Positions 17,350 to 32,667 of a stretch of DNA of 64,000 nt are shown piece after piece. The position numbers and the translations under genes were made by a program. The notes beneath the pieces are model-generated. The model did not search any database, had not been told where the DNA came from, and saw only the letters and a program-made list of their open reading frames with translations. Within the stretch, counting starts at the first letter, position 1, and each line of letters starts with the position of its first letter. This DNA comes from the human T2T-CHM13v2.0 reference genome, Homo sapiens. Where the stretch lies: NCBI RefSeq assembly GCF_009914755.1, contig NC_060935.1, one strand, 5' to 3'.

Positions 17350-17815
17350 ATTCACATGCCATATTTACCATATATTTGATGGGTATCATCCTCTGTTGTC
17401 TCTCCTTATTCACATTTCACCGTTTTCCATTCTGCTCTTTTCTTTAGGAGGCAAACCCAAAGAGCTTGCTCTATTGCTTTTATTTGGGTTTAGCAAATGG
17501 TAGCAACTGGAAAGAGCCTGGTGAATTGAGGGATTATGTAATAGAAATATTATTCCTTTGGTTCTTTGTTCCTAACTCATATGAGGCAAACTTTATCATC
17601 AAGATATTTTCTTGGGTTGTCAGCAACTGTGTCCTGATTCTGCCTTTCAGGTATTGGAGTAAAGGAGTTTTGCTGTTAATCCCAGGTACTGCAGTAATCT
17701 TTGTGGAGTGACCTCAGCCTACCCACAGGTTTTTAAATTGCCCTGTGTTTAAAAACTTCTGAAATCCCTTAGCTTATGTGTGACATCTACTTTCTGCTGA
17801 AACTATCATTGATAC
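17350..17815 (+). mobile_element. ERVL-class LTR (LTR33-like)
   Basis: 3' end TGTGTGACATCTACTTTCTGCTG...TTGATACA resembles the LTR33-family terminus. Confidence 0.55.
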
Positions 17816-18067
17816 AACAGAGCAGCCTAAAAATTGAAATCAATGAATATTTATTTAGATTTTACTGAATTCTGTCATTTGTTCTAGGTTATTAAAATTT
17901 TACAGACATAAAAAATGGCCCCTGTTCTCAAGATATAAACAAGTTGATGAAACTGACAAATAAATACATAATTCTATGTAAAATAACAAGTCTATTATAG
18001 AACTATGGAAGATCTGCTTTGAGAGCACAAAATAAAACTGCATAATCCATCATAAGTTAAGAGGTCA

Positions 18068-18375
<308 letters not shown>

Positions 18376-19509
18376 CTAGTGAATAAGCTCCTGAGCTATA
18401 CTTATTAAGAATTCTTTTATATATACAAAAACTGCTCCGAAGAAAGATTATAACTTATTTATTTTCATAATATATACAAACTTCACTGTACATAGTAGGT
18501 TCAATACATACACTTTGGATGATTAATTGAATATGTAAGCATAAGTAACAAAACATCCAAATAGAAAATAGTTGTGTGTGTGATTTTTTTAATTTAACTG
18601 AATAAAAGCTCATTTTTACATATGATTTTTGATAAATTTTACTGCCTTACAATTATTTCATTATCAGTGCATGCAACTTAATAATTTCATATGTCCTTAC
18701 AGTTTTTTCTAAATCATATTTGAATGATTATGAATAAATATTTGTAAGATCAGTAATGCCTATTCAAATACTCGTTAAATTTTATTTAGGGACCATGGAA
18801 GGAGGAATTTAAAAACCTCAGGGTTTCAGGAGACTGATCTTAAAAACAGCTAAGATCAATAAAACAATCAATATTTGGACTGTAGATGAAGCGTTTTCCC
18901 TGCAATGGTCACAAGTCTACAGTTAAATACCTCTAGATACTGAGATCTTATTTTCTTTCAAGGTTGCCCAATCCATTTTCTTTTAAGATTGATATTTCAG
19001 AAAACGTGTAGAGTCTGCAAATAGAGCCAACCATAATCATAAGAAATAAGGAATAGATTTTTCTAAATTATACAATTCTGATGTGTGGTCATTATAATTG
19101 CATTTCAGATAAACTACTAATATACTATGTCAGATCATTTCTTTCAATGTAGTTCTCTCTTAAGTAATTAAGTGTTCATTTTCTGATTTTTTTCTTGCCA
19201 AAATATTAGAAACTTCATGGTATTATGTTTTACATGAAGCTGAGAGCTATTTTATGTCATAGTTTTATATCTCATTATAAACCTATGGTGCATCTTGCTT
19301 AAAATATAGTTATAAAATATTAGAAAATAAGATTGTTTTTGTATGACCATATTAAAACTTTTAAGCATGATTGTTGCACAGTTAATGATAAAAAAATTAT
19401 TTAACTCAATTACTAACAGAGAAAATATCACTAATAACATGGAGTAACATCCTTTGGCCCCATACTTGCCTCCATTCTTTATTTACAGACGTTAAATTAT
19501 CATCTAAAA

Positions 19510-21530
<2,021 letters not shown>

Positions 21531-22157
21531 GGAAAGTTGGACAACTCTTTCAGATTTAGTCATTGATATATTTTTCAAGGCAATACTAGTTTACTTTCAG
21601 AGCAGTGGAGCCATTTTCTTCTCCGGAAAAAAAATTTCAGGGGTACTTGAAGGGTTAAGTGTTGTCAGCCACATGATCTATGTTCCTGGGACAATAATGA
21701 TTGGAAACCTAATTCTAAATCTCAGCAAACCTTTTCAGAAAGTAACATATCAACAAGGGGAGCAGAAAAAAAAAAACAGCCATAACGAGGAGAAGACCTA
21801 CAAAGTTTTATCTACACATATAGAGAAATAAATATCTCATGATAGTTATTAAAAAGTAATCCTGAAAGGATGGTGGTCTTTAGTATGGCGTTGGGGGTAT
21901 GACCAAGGTATGATGACATGGCAGGGAATACATATTCTGGACCCCAAGTTACTCTGATTTTACAGTTTCTTATCTATGCTGCCAAATGACTGAGAGTAAA
22001 GAAGCATTTTGATGCAGTTATTACAGGATAGCTAATTCAGGAACAGGGCAAGGTGAAGAAAGAAGGAGATTGTATCTGGGGAGGCAAAAGAAAGATATTA
22101 AACCTGCATAGCTACATGGAAACTTAAGTTACTGTGACACATATTTCTATGTGTTAA

Positions 22158-22477
22158 TGCTATAGTCTAAATATTGCTCTAAAACTTCTGTTGACATTTA
22201 ATTGCCTTTGTAAAAGTATTAGGTAGTAAGACTTTTAAGAGGTGATAAGACCGTGAGAGCCCCACTCTCATGGGTGCAACTGATGCATTATAAAAGGGTG
22301 AGATCAGCCTCCTTACTCTCTCTAGTCTACTTGCCTTCTGCCATGTGATGTCACAGCAAGATGTCAACATCTTAAACTCCCCAACTTCCAAAACAGTGAG
22401 TTACTAAATTTCTGTTCATCATATATTACCAACTGTCAGATATTCTGTTATAGCTATAAAAAAATACACTAAACCAA
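22158..22477 (+). mobile_element. MaLR solo LTR (MSTD/MLT1A-like)
   Basis: TGCTATAGTCTAAAT... GCCTTCTGCCATGTGATG...TATTCTGTTATAGC pattern. Confidence 0.75.
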
Positions 22478-22558
22478 CTAACTAAAATCTAGTTTGTTTT
22501 TCTTAAAAATACAGGTAAACGCCATGTTTCAGGCTTATTACAGTAGTCTGAATCATCA

Positions 22559-22745
22559 TATATTGACAGATTGAAAAGATAAAAATGGAGGAGAGTAAAT
22601 TAAATTTAAATTTGAAATAAACAACACTTCTTTTAGTAAAAGTATACTTCCTCAAATATTTGCTATATAATCATATAAAAATTACAATCATTGTTTATCT
22701 GAAATTCAAATATAATTGGATGTCCTTTTTTATCTAACAATGCCA
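22559..22745. mobile_element. MER53-like palindromic hAT DNA-transposon remnant
   Basis: Arms AATTTAAATTTGAAATAAACAA and TTGTTTATCTGAAATTCAAAT are near reverse complements. Confidence 0.7.
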
Positions 22746-22844
22746 AATCAGTGAAATGAATGGAAATATTAGACTGGTTTGCTGGTAGGTTGGTTCATTA
22801 TAAAATAATTAAATTAATAACAGTAATAATAATGATGATAACAG

Positions 22845-22988
22845 CAACCTGGATTTGTAGAGTTTGCCAATCTCTGTTGCTTAAATAGTCTCCCATGGCC
22901 AATTTCAAACTACCAACATAAACTGAATATACAGGTAGAAAAAGACAAGCACAGTAAACCATTGTAAACTAACTTTAGCACAACAGTG
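22845..22988. mobile_element. MER63-like hAT remnant
   Basis: TTTGCCAAT...CCATGGCCAATTTCAAACTACCAAC, terminus TTAGCACAACAGTG. Confidence 0.55.
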
Positions 22989-22996
22989 ACTATACA

Positions 22997-22998
<2 letters not shown>

Positions 22999-23048
<50 letters not shown>

Positions 23049-23320
23049 CGGAGTCTTGCTCTCTCTCCCAGGATGGCGTGCAATGGCACAGTCTTGGCTC
23101 ATTGTAACCTCTACATCCTGGGTTCAAGCGATTTTCCTGCCTCAGCCTCCTGAGTAGCTGGGGGGCACACCACCACGCCCAACTAATTTTTGTATTTTTT
23201 AGTAGAGATGGGGTTTCACCATTTTGGCCAGGCTGGTCTTGAACTCCTCACCTCAGGTGATCCACCAGCTTCAGCCTCCCAAAGTGCTGGGATTACAGGC
23301 CTGAGCCACCACTTCCGGTC
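22999..23320 (-). mobile_element. Alu (AluS) with a 47-nt pure T tract and no visible TSD
   Basis: Antisense dimer with a small deletion near 23161. Confidence 0.95.
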
Positions 23321-23413
23321 AACCGTCATTTTTAGTCCTCTTACTTTAAAAAAAAAAAAAAAAAGATCTCACACAATCCTCCATTTTCTGTGCTTCTTAT
23401 AAATAGTAGGATT

Positions 23414-23499
23414 TAGTTACATGTCTGCCATCTATAAGAAGCAAAGAAAATGGATGTAGTTACATGTCTGCCATCTAGAAGAGCCATGAGGAGAGGATG
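23414..23499 (+). repeat. Imperfect 43-bp tandem duplication
   Basis: TAGTTACATGTCTGCCATCTA exact at 23414 and 23457. Confidence 0.85.
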
Positions 23500-26397
23500 T
23501 CCAAACATCCATAAAAAAAGCGCCGAAGCCCTACGTCATTTTTTAGAGGTGAACTATGAGATCAGGTACACTTACATTGAAATGTGTTTTGTGAGTAGAA
23601 ATGAACTTTAATTCTGTGAAGCCACAGATAGTTTGGGATTTATCCATTAAAACATCTAGAATTTATTTTATCTTGTAAGCCAGTTTTGTTATGTGGATCA
23701 TAACACAGGAAACATTAGGGACCAAAATAAAAATTTCACTATTTTAGTCATCATTTAAAATATTTATTATATATTTATTAAATTAGAAACATTTTATTAG
23801 ATATGGGGAATACAACAATGATTTCTGTAGATAGTTTAGAAAGCTTAGAGAAAGTTTAGACAGTTTAGAAGCCAAAAAAAAAACAAATCCAACATAATAT
23901 AGACTAATAGGAAAGGGCACTGTTTTAGAATCATACTGAGCAATTGAATGGCAGGATACTTAATGTTTTGTGTCTTTCTGCTTACTGTTAAACATACCTG
24001 GAATGCCATCTCCCTTTTCTGTTTCTTAAATTGCTGCTCATTATTCAAGACCTACCTCAAATGTTATCTCTCTGTGCTTTCCAAATATTGCTTCCTTTAT
24101 ACTTTATATTTTGAGCAAACTTCACCTATAGCTCTCTTGTAATTATATTTTCCATATTTATACTTATCACTGAATGTTGTATTCATTTAAATCTAGAACC
24201 CAGACATATATACTTTTATTTTCTCCTCCATTCCCAACAAAATGCTTCTGCACATAGTATTTAAGAACAGTCTTTGTGGCTTCTGTTTTGTATGAAATGG
24301 TTTATTCCAGAAATCCAGCTATGTAGCCGTAGTTGTCTTCATAATTATTATTAGAAAGCCAGGTATGTTTTATAAATAATGGTCCCTGTGACTGGCTATG
24401 ATGTATTATAATTTCTGAGATGCGTTTTCATGTTTGTTCTTCGTGTCAGTACTTGTCTACATGCATGGCTGAAGAAATAACCCATGTTTATATTGAATAT
24501 ACTCATGTGGAAGCTATACATTTCCCTTTGGATTATACTTAAGAATAAAGACTGCTTCTTATTTTGATTCCTCCCAAGATCTAGTACAGTGCCTTCTGCA
24601 TTTATAATACTAAATAGGATTTCAAACAACCTTTTCCTCATCTATCTGTGCAATGCTATGCTAGCATAATCAATAGTGAAAAGTAACACAATAACCCATG
24701 AGAATTGTCCATCAATGCTAGTCACATTTTGCCATGCCTGGCAGAATTTGCTTTTCTCCCTTGCTTTGTAACAATATCTTCCCCATGTTTCTGATGGTAC
24801 ACAGCTTTGATTGCTACTTTCTAGACTGTTCCATCTGCTACTCTGTGATCTCCCAGCAGACAAGCCACTATACTGTGCCACTTTAATTTTTGCTTTAGTG
24901 CCCTTTAATGGCTTCTCTGTCTTACCAGCCAGGCTTTAGCTCACCATAAAGCACCTGCTAGGGAATTCTGTGGCCAGCCTGGTGATTGTGGTATGCTTTC
25001 AGAAATAAAGTAAAAATGTTTGTGGAATTGAGGTCAAAAACCTCCTTCATTTTTCTTGGCAGTTAATTGACTATGTTTTTCAGAGTAGGAATTTGAGTTA
25101 TAGCATGCTTTTCTTCACAGGGTCAGAGTTAGAAATCAACGGTTTCTGACACTGACTTTTCTAGATTCATTAAAAGGCCACAACACATGTGCACAGGCTT
25201 TTAGGGTCATAGCCCTGTTAATGGCAGGTGTTTATTCTGTCAAATTAGAATACAGCTACACCATAACCTTATCATTGGCTACAGGTGCCAAGTTCATACT
25301 ACAATTGACACACTCTTCTTACAGAGCTTCTGCAGAGATCCTAGCCTTAGCTAATTAAAGAAGTTGCCCTATGCCAGTCTTTAAAGTTGATTTAGTTTTG
25401 CATATAATGCCACCTATACATGGCTGAACATTAAATTAAGAAATAATTATTTCTTCTCTTGATAGCATAGAGTGAACTCATAACTGATGGAATCAAATAC
25501 AAGTATTCAGGCAGAATAAATTGAATATTCATCTAGTATGTAAATTTTCCCTCCAAAGAAAGCACATTTTCATGACTCATGATTGTCAGGATTATTGTCT
25601 CTTTGATATATAATGATAACCCAAGTATTTATGTTTTCAAAATTCCTTAAAATAATTATCATTTTTTAAAAAATTTATGCAGAATCTAATTAGTTGCCTT
25701 ATATCTAATCCACATGCTTTCTGGAGGGCAAAAAGGGGGTTAAAATGTCATCTTTAGGCAGGTCTTCCTAACATGAAACTAAATGATTCTTAGATATTTC
25801 TCAGGTCTGGACTTTTATTTTTAATTCTATAAAAATCCTACTAACACTATCTTTCTATAATTTTGATTAAAGATAAACATATTCCACATGATATTTTCCC
25901 CCTTATTGCGTACTTATTTTTTCTCATTAAGAAGGCCTGTAATTCTTTCTGTACCTTGCTTAAGCATTAGTGATATGGTGAAAACTGTCCCTCAAGAGTT
26001 TTGCTTTACTACTGCTTACCACTAAGGAAGCTAGTGTTTCTCAAGCCTCTGTTCACTTTATGCTAGGAAGTGGTAAGATGCAGGTGCATGCTAACAGCAA
26101 GGATGTTAATCTTCCAAAATAAGTAATTTTCTAACATTAGTTTTCATCTTTATACTTTTTCTTCAAGTAATTCCATGTAAAGTATAAAAATAAATAAACA
26201 GATAAAAGACAAGCAAGACCGTATTGGTCTGTTTAAGGGCAATAAAGGTACAGAAACCTAAAAACTTAGTCCTCTCCTAGTATTTCTATATAAGTCAATC
26301 ATCTTTTCTTAGTGTGTCGTAAAGCACAGAATGAAAACCACAGATGGGTGAGATTAGATAGTTCTATCAGACTACCTCTTTTTGGGGAGATTGTGGT

Positions 26398-26510
26398 TTG
26401 TATATATACATAAACACATACATATACACAAATATATCTGTGTATATGTGTAGATATATGTAATGTTATATAGACACATACACACATGGATGCACACGTG
26501 CATGCATGTT
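26398..26510. repeat. Mixed (TA)/(CA)/(TG) simple repeat
   Basis: Direct reading. Confidence 0.8.
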
Positions 26511-27819
26511 AGAGAATTATTAAGTATCATTAATAAAATGTAGCCATTCTAGATCCTGATTTTAAAGGTTATTCATTTTGTGAGAGAGAAATAAACGATT
26601 TCAAAGCAAATTGTAGGACTTTTAAAAACATGGCTTCAGAGAAAAATCCATACGTAGGGAGCAATAATCATTGTAGGTAGGCAAAATACTGTCACTTTTG
26701 ATTATAAAGCTCATTAGTTTTATCAGTGTAAATGTGAATATGAAAGTAGTTAGATATTATGTGATGAAAGGTTTTATATTGACTATTTTCAAAACTTCAC
26801 ATTCTAATGTGGATTTATAATTCCATTCTACTCACAATTTCTTTACATCTCTATTTTTTATAATTTGTTTTTATTTGTGTTTTCTGCAGAATAACTATCT
26901 TTCCATGTATTATGCCTCAAAATTAAGGCTTCACTCAAGAAAAATTGCTATGCTGTATTCATTTGAACATCAATGTCTTATCGTATTTCTGCAAATAACA
27001 GATGTACTGTTCGCTACATGTGATATACTAGGCATTTCAAAACAATTTGCAGTAAGATGGTGGCATAATACAAGTGTTTATGCAGTGCTTACAATGTGAT
27101 AGGAGCAGAACATAGAATTTTCTCTAATCCTCAAAATAAGTAGCTTTTTGCCAAAATTATAGGCAATTAAATAATCTTAGAGGAGTAAGTGATTAGCCAA
27201 TAGATGCATGACTAATATAATGTAGCCCAGGTTTAACTCCTAAGTTACCTACTAAATCTTACAATTACACACCATTTTGGGGCATTTCCCAGTTGCTATT
27301 AATCTCAATAAGATTATATAAAATGACATGCACATATATGTATATATGTGTGTGTACATATATATGTATGCATATACACATATAATATTCAAATTACAAT
27401 AAGCTTTTGTTCAGTAACCCAGAGGCTATGGTTAACAGTGAAGAATTAATGCAATGTACACATCAGGATTTTTTTTTTTTTTATGGTTCGCTATTTCATT
27501 GGCTATGGGGAAGAAGGGAAGGTGCATAATGGAAAAATTTTGTATAGTCTGGCAGAAGCCTAATTTTTGTTGAGGTCAACTTTTGTTTTTGCCACTTTCA
27601 TTTGGAAAACTCTATAAATGGCCTAAGTGGTAGATACTCAGAATTCAGTTTTTGTCATTTAGGATTTCTTAGGGACTCTGGGCAAGGGAGGTGGTAATCT
27701 TCAGATTCACATTATATCTCCATCCTGAATAATGCCAGTTGATGTCATCTTATCACTGACTTGTCCCATCATCTCTCTTTGGATAACCTTCAAGTGTGCT
27801 GAATTTCAAGATTCTAGCG

Positions 27820-28006
27820 CAGTTCTTCCCAGAATGTGGTCTCCCAACCGACAGCAATAGCAGCAGTAGTTTGGAACTTGTTATAAAATTATATCATTAG
27901 GCCTCACTCATGAACTACTGAATTAGAAGCTCAGATGGGGCCCAGCAATCTACATTTGAACAAGCCTTTCAGGTAGAGATGATGCATGTCAAAGTTTGAA
28001 AACCAG
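27820..28006. mobile_element. MER5A-like hAT-Charlie element
   Basis: CAGTTCTTCCCAGAATGTGGTC...GGGGCCCAGCAATCT...AAAGTTTGAAAACCAG. Confidence 0.8.
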
Positions 28007-28239
28007 ACCTCTAATCTGAAAAGCAGAGATCCCTTCTTGTCATGACTGCTACTGCTATAGCTTGTCTATACAGCTGCTGAAGTGCTAATTCCCCTGCTTC
28101 TTAGTGGAAAAACCACCAAAAGGAAGGGTGCAGTCCTGCTTCTTAGCTAAAAAAGAGATCGTGAAGGCATCAAGATGCTGAAGCCCATTCTGTCTTCTCT
28201 CCTGCTTTCACAGTAAGACTAATAAGAATGGTAGCTCCC

Positions 28240-28590
<351 letters not shown>

Positions 28591-29076
28591 TCATTAAATC
28601 TTCACAGCAACCAAATACAGATTACCTGCTAGCGAGCGTCTCTTTGGGCTTTAGTTGCAGAGGTTTGAGATTATTGCATTCCTTAGATCACCACGCAGTG
28701 CTATCACTGTCGTAGCAAGGTTTCACTCTTTTTTTAAACTTCCTTTTATCTATAATCTCCCCCCAAACTCCATCTCCCCATAATGGGCAAACATCTTTAT
28801 CTGTTATTTGTTTCATGTTATAATATTTGCATGTTCTTTTTAAAATGGGAATATTTTATTAATATAGTTTTAGATATATTTTTCTAAATAGTTTAATTGA
28901 GATAAAATTCACATACCATACAAACCATCCACATGAAGACACAATTCAATGGCTTTTAGTATATTTGGAGAGTAGTGCATCAGTTATCACAATCAGTTTT
29001 AGAAGAGTTTCATTACAAAAAACAAAAACAGAAGCAAAAAAAGTACACTTAACCTTAGGCATCACCCCACAACCCC

Positions 29077-29297
29077 TGTGATGATTAATATTAAGTGTCA
29101 ACTTGATTGGATTGAAGGATGCAAAGTATTGTTTCTGGGTTGTCTGTGAGGGTGTTGCCAGAGATTAGCATTTGAGTAAGCAGACGGCATATCCTGGGAC
29201 TTCATCTTGTGATCATGAGTCAATTCTCAATAAACTACCTTTTATATATACCTATATCCTATTATTTCTGTCCCTCTGGAGAACCTTGATTAATACA
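29077..29297 (+). mobile_element. MLT2A-like (HERV-L) solo LTR, internally deleted (221 bp)
   Basis: TGTGATGATTAATATT...GTCAACTTGATTGGATTGAAGGATGC start, CCTCTGGAGAACCTTGATTAATACA end, exact TSD ACCCC at 29072 and 29298. Confidence 0.9.
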
Positions 29298-30157
29298 ACC
29301 CCTATCCCACAGCTCTAGACAACCACTAATCTACTTTCTCTTTCTGTAGATTTGCCTACCATGGATAATTCATATGTACTCTTTTGTGTCTGATGTAGTT
29401 CGTTTAGCATGTTTTCAAGGTTTTCCATGGCGTAGCACATAACAATTCAATTCTTTATATTGCTGAATCATATACCATTGCATGGGTATACCATATTGTA
29501 TTCATTAGTTGATCAACATTTGGGTTAATTACAAATTTTAGCTAGTATAAATGCAGCTATGGACATTCATGTATATGTTTTTATGTGGATTTTAAAAAAA
29601 AATATTTCTTCTGGGTACATAATCCAACCATGTCATAACTGTTCGTTTTATTCCATAATAATTTTTTAAACATTTTTTAGCCAGTCTAGCTAAAGATGTA
29701 TCTACTTTGCAAACCTTAAAAAAACTGGTTTCCTTGACTTTATTGTTTTTCTATTTTTTACCTTATTAATTTCAACATGAATTCATATTATACCTTTCCT
29801 TCTGCTTGGTTTGGGGTTAGTTTCCTCTTCTTTTTAAGGTGGAAGTTCTTGTGTTCTTTTAAATTTAGACGTTTAAGGGTGTGCATTTTCCCTTAAGCAC
29901 TGTTTTAGCAGCATCTTCTGTGTTTTACATTGTATTCATCTTCAATAAGTCGGAGTATTTTCTAATTCAACTTGTCTTCTTTGACCAATTTGTTATCTAG
30001 TGGTCTTATTTATGAATTTCCCAAATTTCTTTTATTACTTTTAAGTTTCACTCAAAGTGTACAATTGGTATGATTTCAATAATTTTAAATTTATTGAGGC
30101 TTGTTTATTGACTTAGCAAATGGCCTGTGCTAAATCCAGATAATGTTTCTTGTGTTT

Positions 30158-30581
30158 CTTTATTTTGAGACAGGATCTTGCTCTGTCACCCAAGCCGGAG
30201 GGCAATGGTGGGATCTGAGCTCACTGCAAATCCACTTCCTATGGTTAAGCAATCCTCCTACCTCAGCCCCCAGTTTTAGAATAGTTTCATTACAAAAAAC
30301 AGAAACAGAAGGGAAAAAAGTACACTTAACCTTAGGCATCACCCCACAACCCCTGTGATGGTTAATATTGTCAACTTGATTGGATTGATGGATGCTAAGT
30401 ATTGTTTCTGGGTTGTCTGTGAGGGCAGGCACCTCCACACCCAAACTTTGTTTTGTATTTTTAGTAGAGACAGAGTCTTGCCATGTTGCCCAGGCTAGTC
30501 TTGTACTCCTGAGCTCAAGCAATCTGACTGCCTTGGCCTCCCAAATGCTGAGATTACAGTCATGAGCCACTTCATCTGGCC
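30158..30581 (-). mobile_element. AluJ interrupted by a 155-bp non-Alu insert
   Basis: CTCCTGAGCTCAAGCAATC (AluJ-type); TSD TTCTTGTGTTT at 30147 and 30582. Confidence 0.92.
30271..30425 (+). repeat. Dispersed direct copy of 28994-29152
   Basis: Manual alignment gives 7 substitutions plus one 4-bp deletion over 159 bp. Confidence 0.97.
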
Positions 30582-31432
30582 TTCTTGTGTTTTTCATGTG
30601 TATTGTTTTTGATTGAGTGTTCTATAGGTTTTCTTAGATCTAATTTGTGTAAGTGTTATGTATGTTTTAATTCCCTTGTTGATCTTTTAATGAGTTCTTC
30701 TATCCATTACTTAATGGCAGATACTGAAGTCTCCAGATACTATTGTTGAATTATCTATTTCTGCCCTTAATTGCATCTGCCTTTGCTTGGCATCTTTTGG
30801 GACTCAGGTGTTTGATGTAAGTTTATCAATGTTATAACTTCCCAATAAGTTGACCCTATTGTGAAATTATATACCCTTTTGAATTTCCATTTACATTTTT
30901 CTTTATACAATCAAATTGGCTGATATTAATATAGACACTGCAAATTTCTAATGGTTATTTGCATGATATATATATTTCCCTATTTTTACTTCTGCTGTAT
31001 AATATTTGTACTTCCGAATCTAAAATGTGTCTCTTTAGGCGACATATAATTACATCTTGATTTTTAGCTAGTGTGACAATCTCTGCCTTAATTAGATTAT
31101 GTATTTCATTCACAATTTTTTATTAATAATCTAATTGAATTTAAGCACGCTATAATACTTTTTGTTTTCTAAATGCCTCATATCTTCTTTGTTCTATTCT
31201 TCATTTATTGATTTTTTTTGTACTAAGTAAATATTTTTTATTGCAATGTTTTAATTCCATTAAAGGTCTTTTTTTCTTTTTAGCTAAAGGTTTTGTGTTA
31301 TTTTCTTAGTGGTTTGGCTAGGCTTACAATATACATCTTAAATTATCAGAAGGTACTTCACGTGACAAATAAATTACTTACATATAGCTGTATTCTCTCA
31401 TCCCCTTTACTTTTTTCCCTTTCTGACTATAG

Positions 31433-31828
<396 letters not shown>

Positions 31829-32219
31829 AATGATTTTATAATTTTATGTCTATTGAAAAAGGAGAGAAACACAAGTATGTATTTATAGAATTTGCTATAT
31901 TTATCTTACTGTTTTTCACTTCTGCTACTTTTCACATGTTCCCTTGGGTTAGAGTTAACAATCAGTGTCATTTTCTTACTCTAATACAACTGTGTTAACA
32001 TCCATTTCTTTGTGCTGTTATTGTCGAATATAATACATTTATATATGGTATAAACTGCAACACAATTATATACATATAGATTTATACAATTATTTTATAT
32101 GATTGCTTTTGAGTCAGGTAAGAGAAGCTAAAATACGCATTTGTACTGTCTTTTATCATTATGCAATGAATTTTACTGTGTCTTCCTCTTTCTGTCTCCA
32201 TATACTATATTTTAGTGGG

Positions 32220-32667
32220 TAATATAGTTTGGATCTGTGTCCCCACCAAATCTCATGTTGAAACGTAATCCCCAGTGTTGGAGGTGGGGTCTGGTGAGAG
32301 GTATTTAGATCATGGGGGTGGATTTCTCATGAATGGTTTAGCACCAAATCCTTGGTGTTATCCTCCCAATAGTGGATGAGTTCTCATGAGATGTGGCTGT
32401 TTAAAAGTGTGTGGCACCCCACCTCCACCCCCACCGCACCTCAACCTCCTGCCACTCCCTTGCTTCTGCTTTCACCAAGTGAAGTGCCTGTTCCCACTTT
32501 GCCATTGCCATCAGTAAAAGCTCCTTAAGGCCTCAAGAAGCTGAGCAGATGGCGGAGCCATGCTTCCTGTAGAGCCGGCAGAACCATGAGCCAATTAAAC
32601 CTCACTTTTAAATAAATTACCCAGTCTCAGGTATTTAATTATAGCAATGCAAGAATGTCCTAATACA
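32220..32667 (+). mobile_element. MSTB-like solo LTR
   Basis: TAATATAGTTTGGATCTGTGTCCCCACCAAATCTCATG...CTAATACA; flanks GTGGG/GTGGA. Confidence 0.9.

Noticed and set aside
21910-21960. C/D snoRNA-like boxes (ATGATGA ... CTGA)
   Set aside because: Spacing is too short, there is no convincing terminal stem, and no guide complementarity was recognised.
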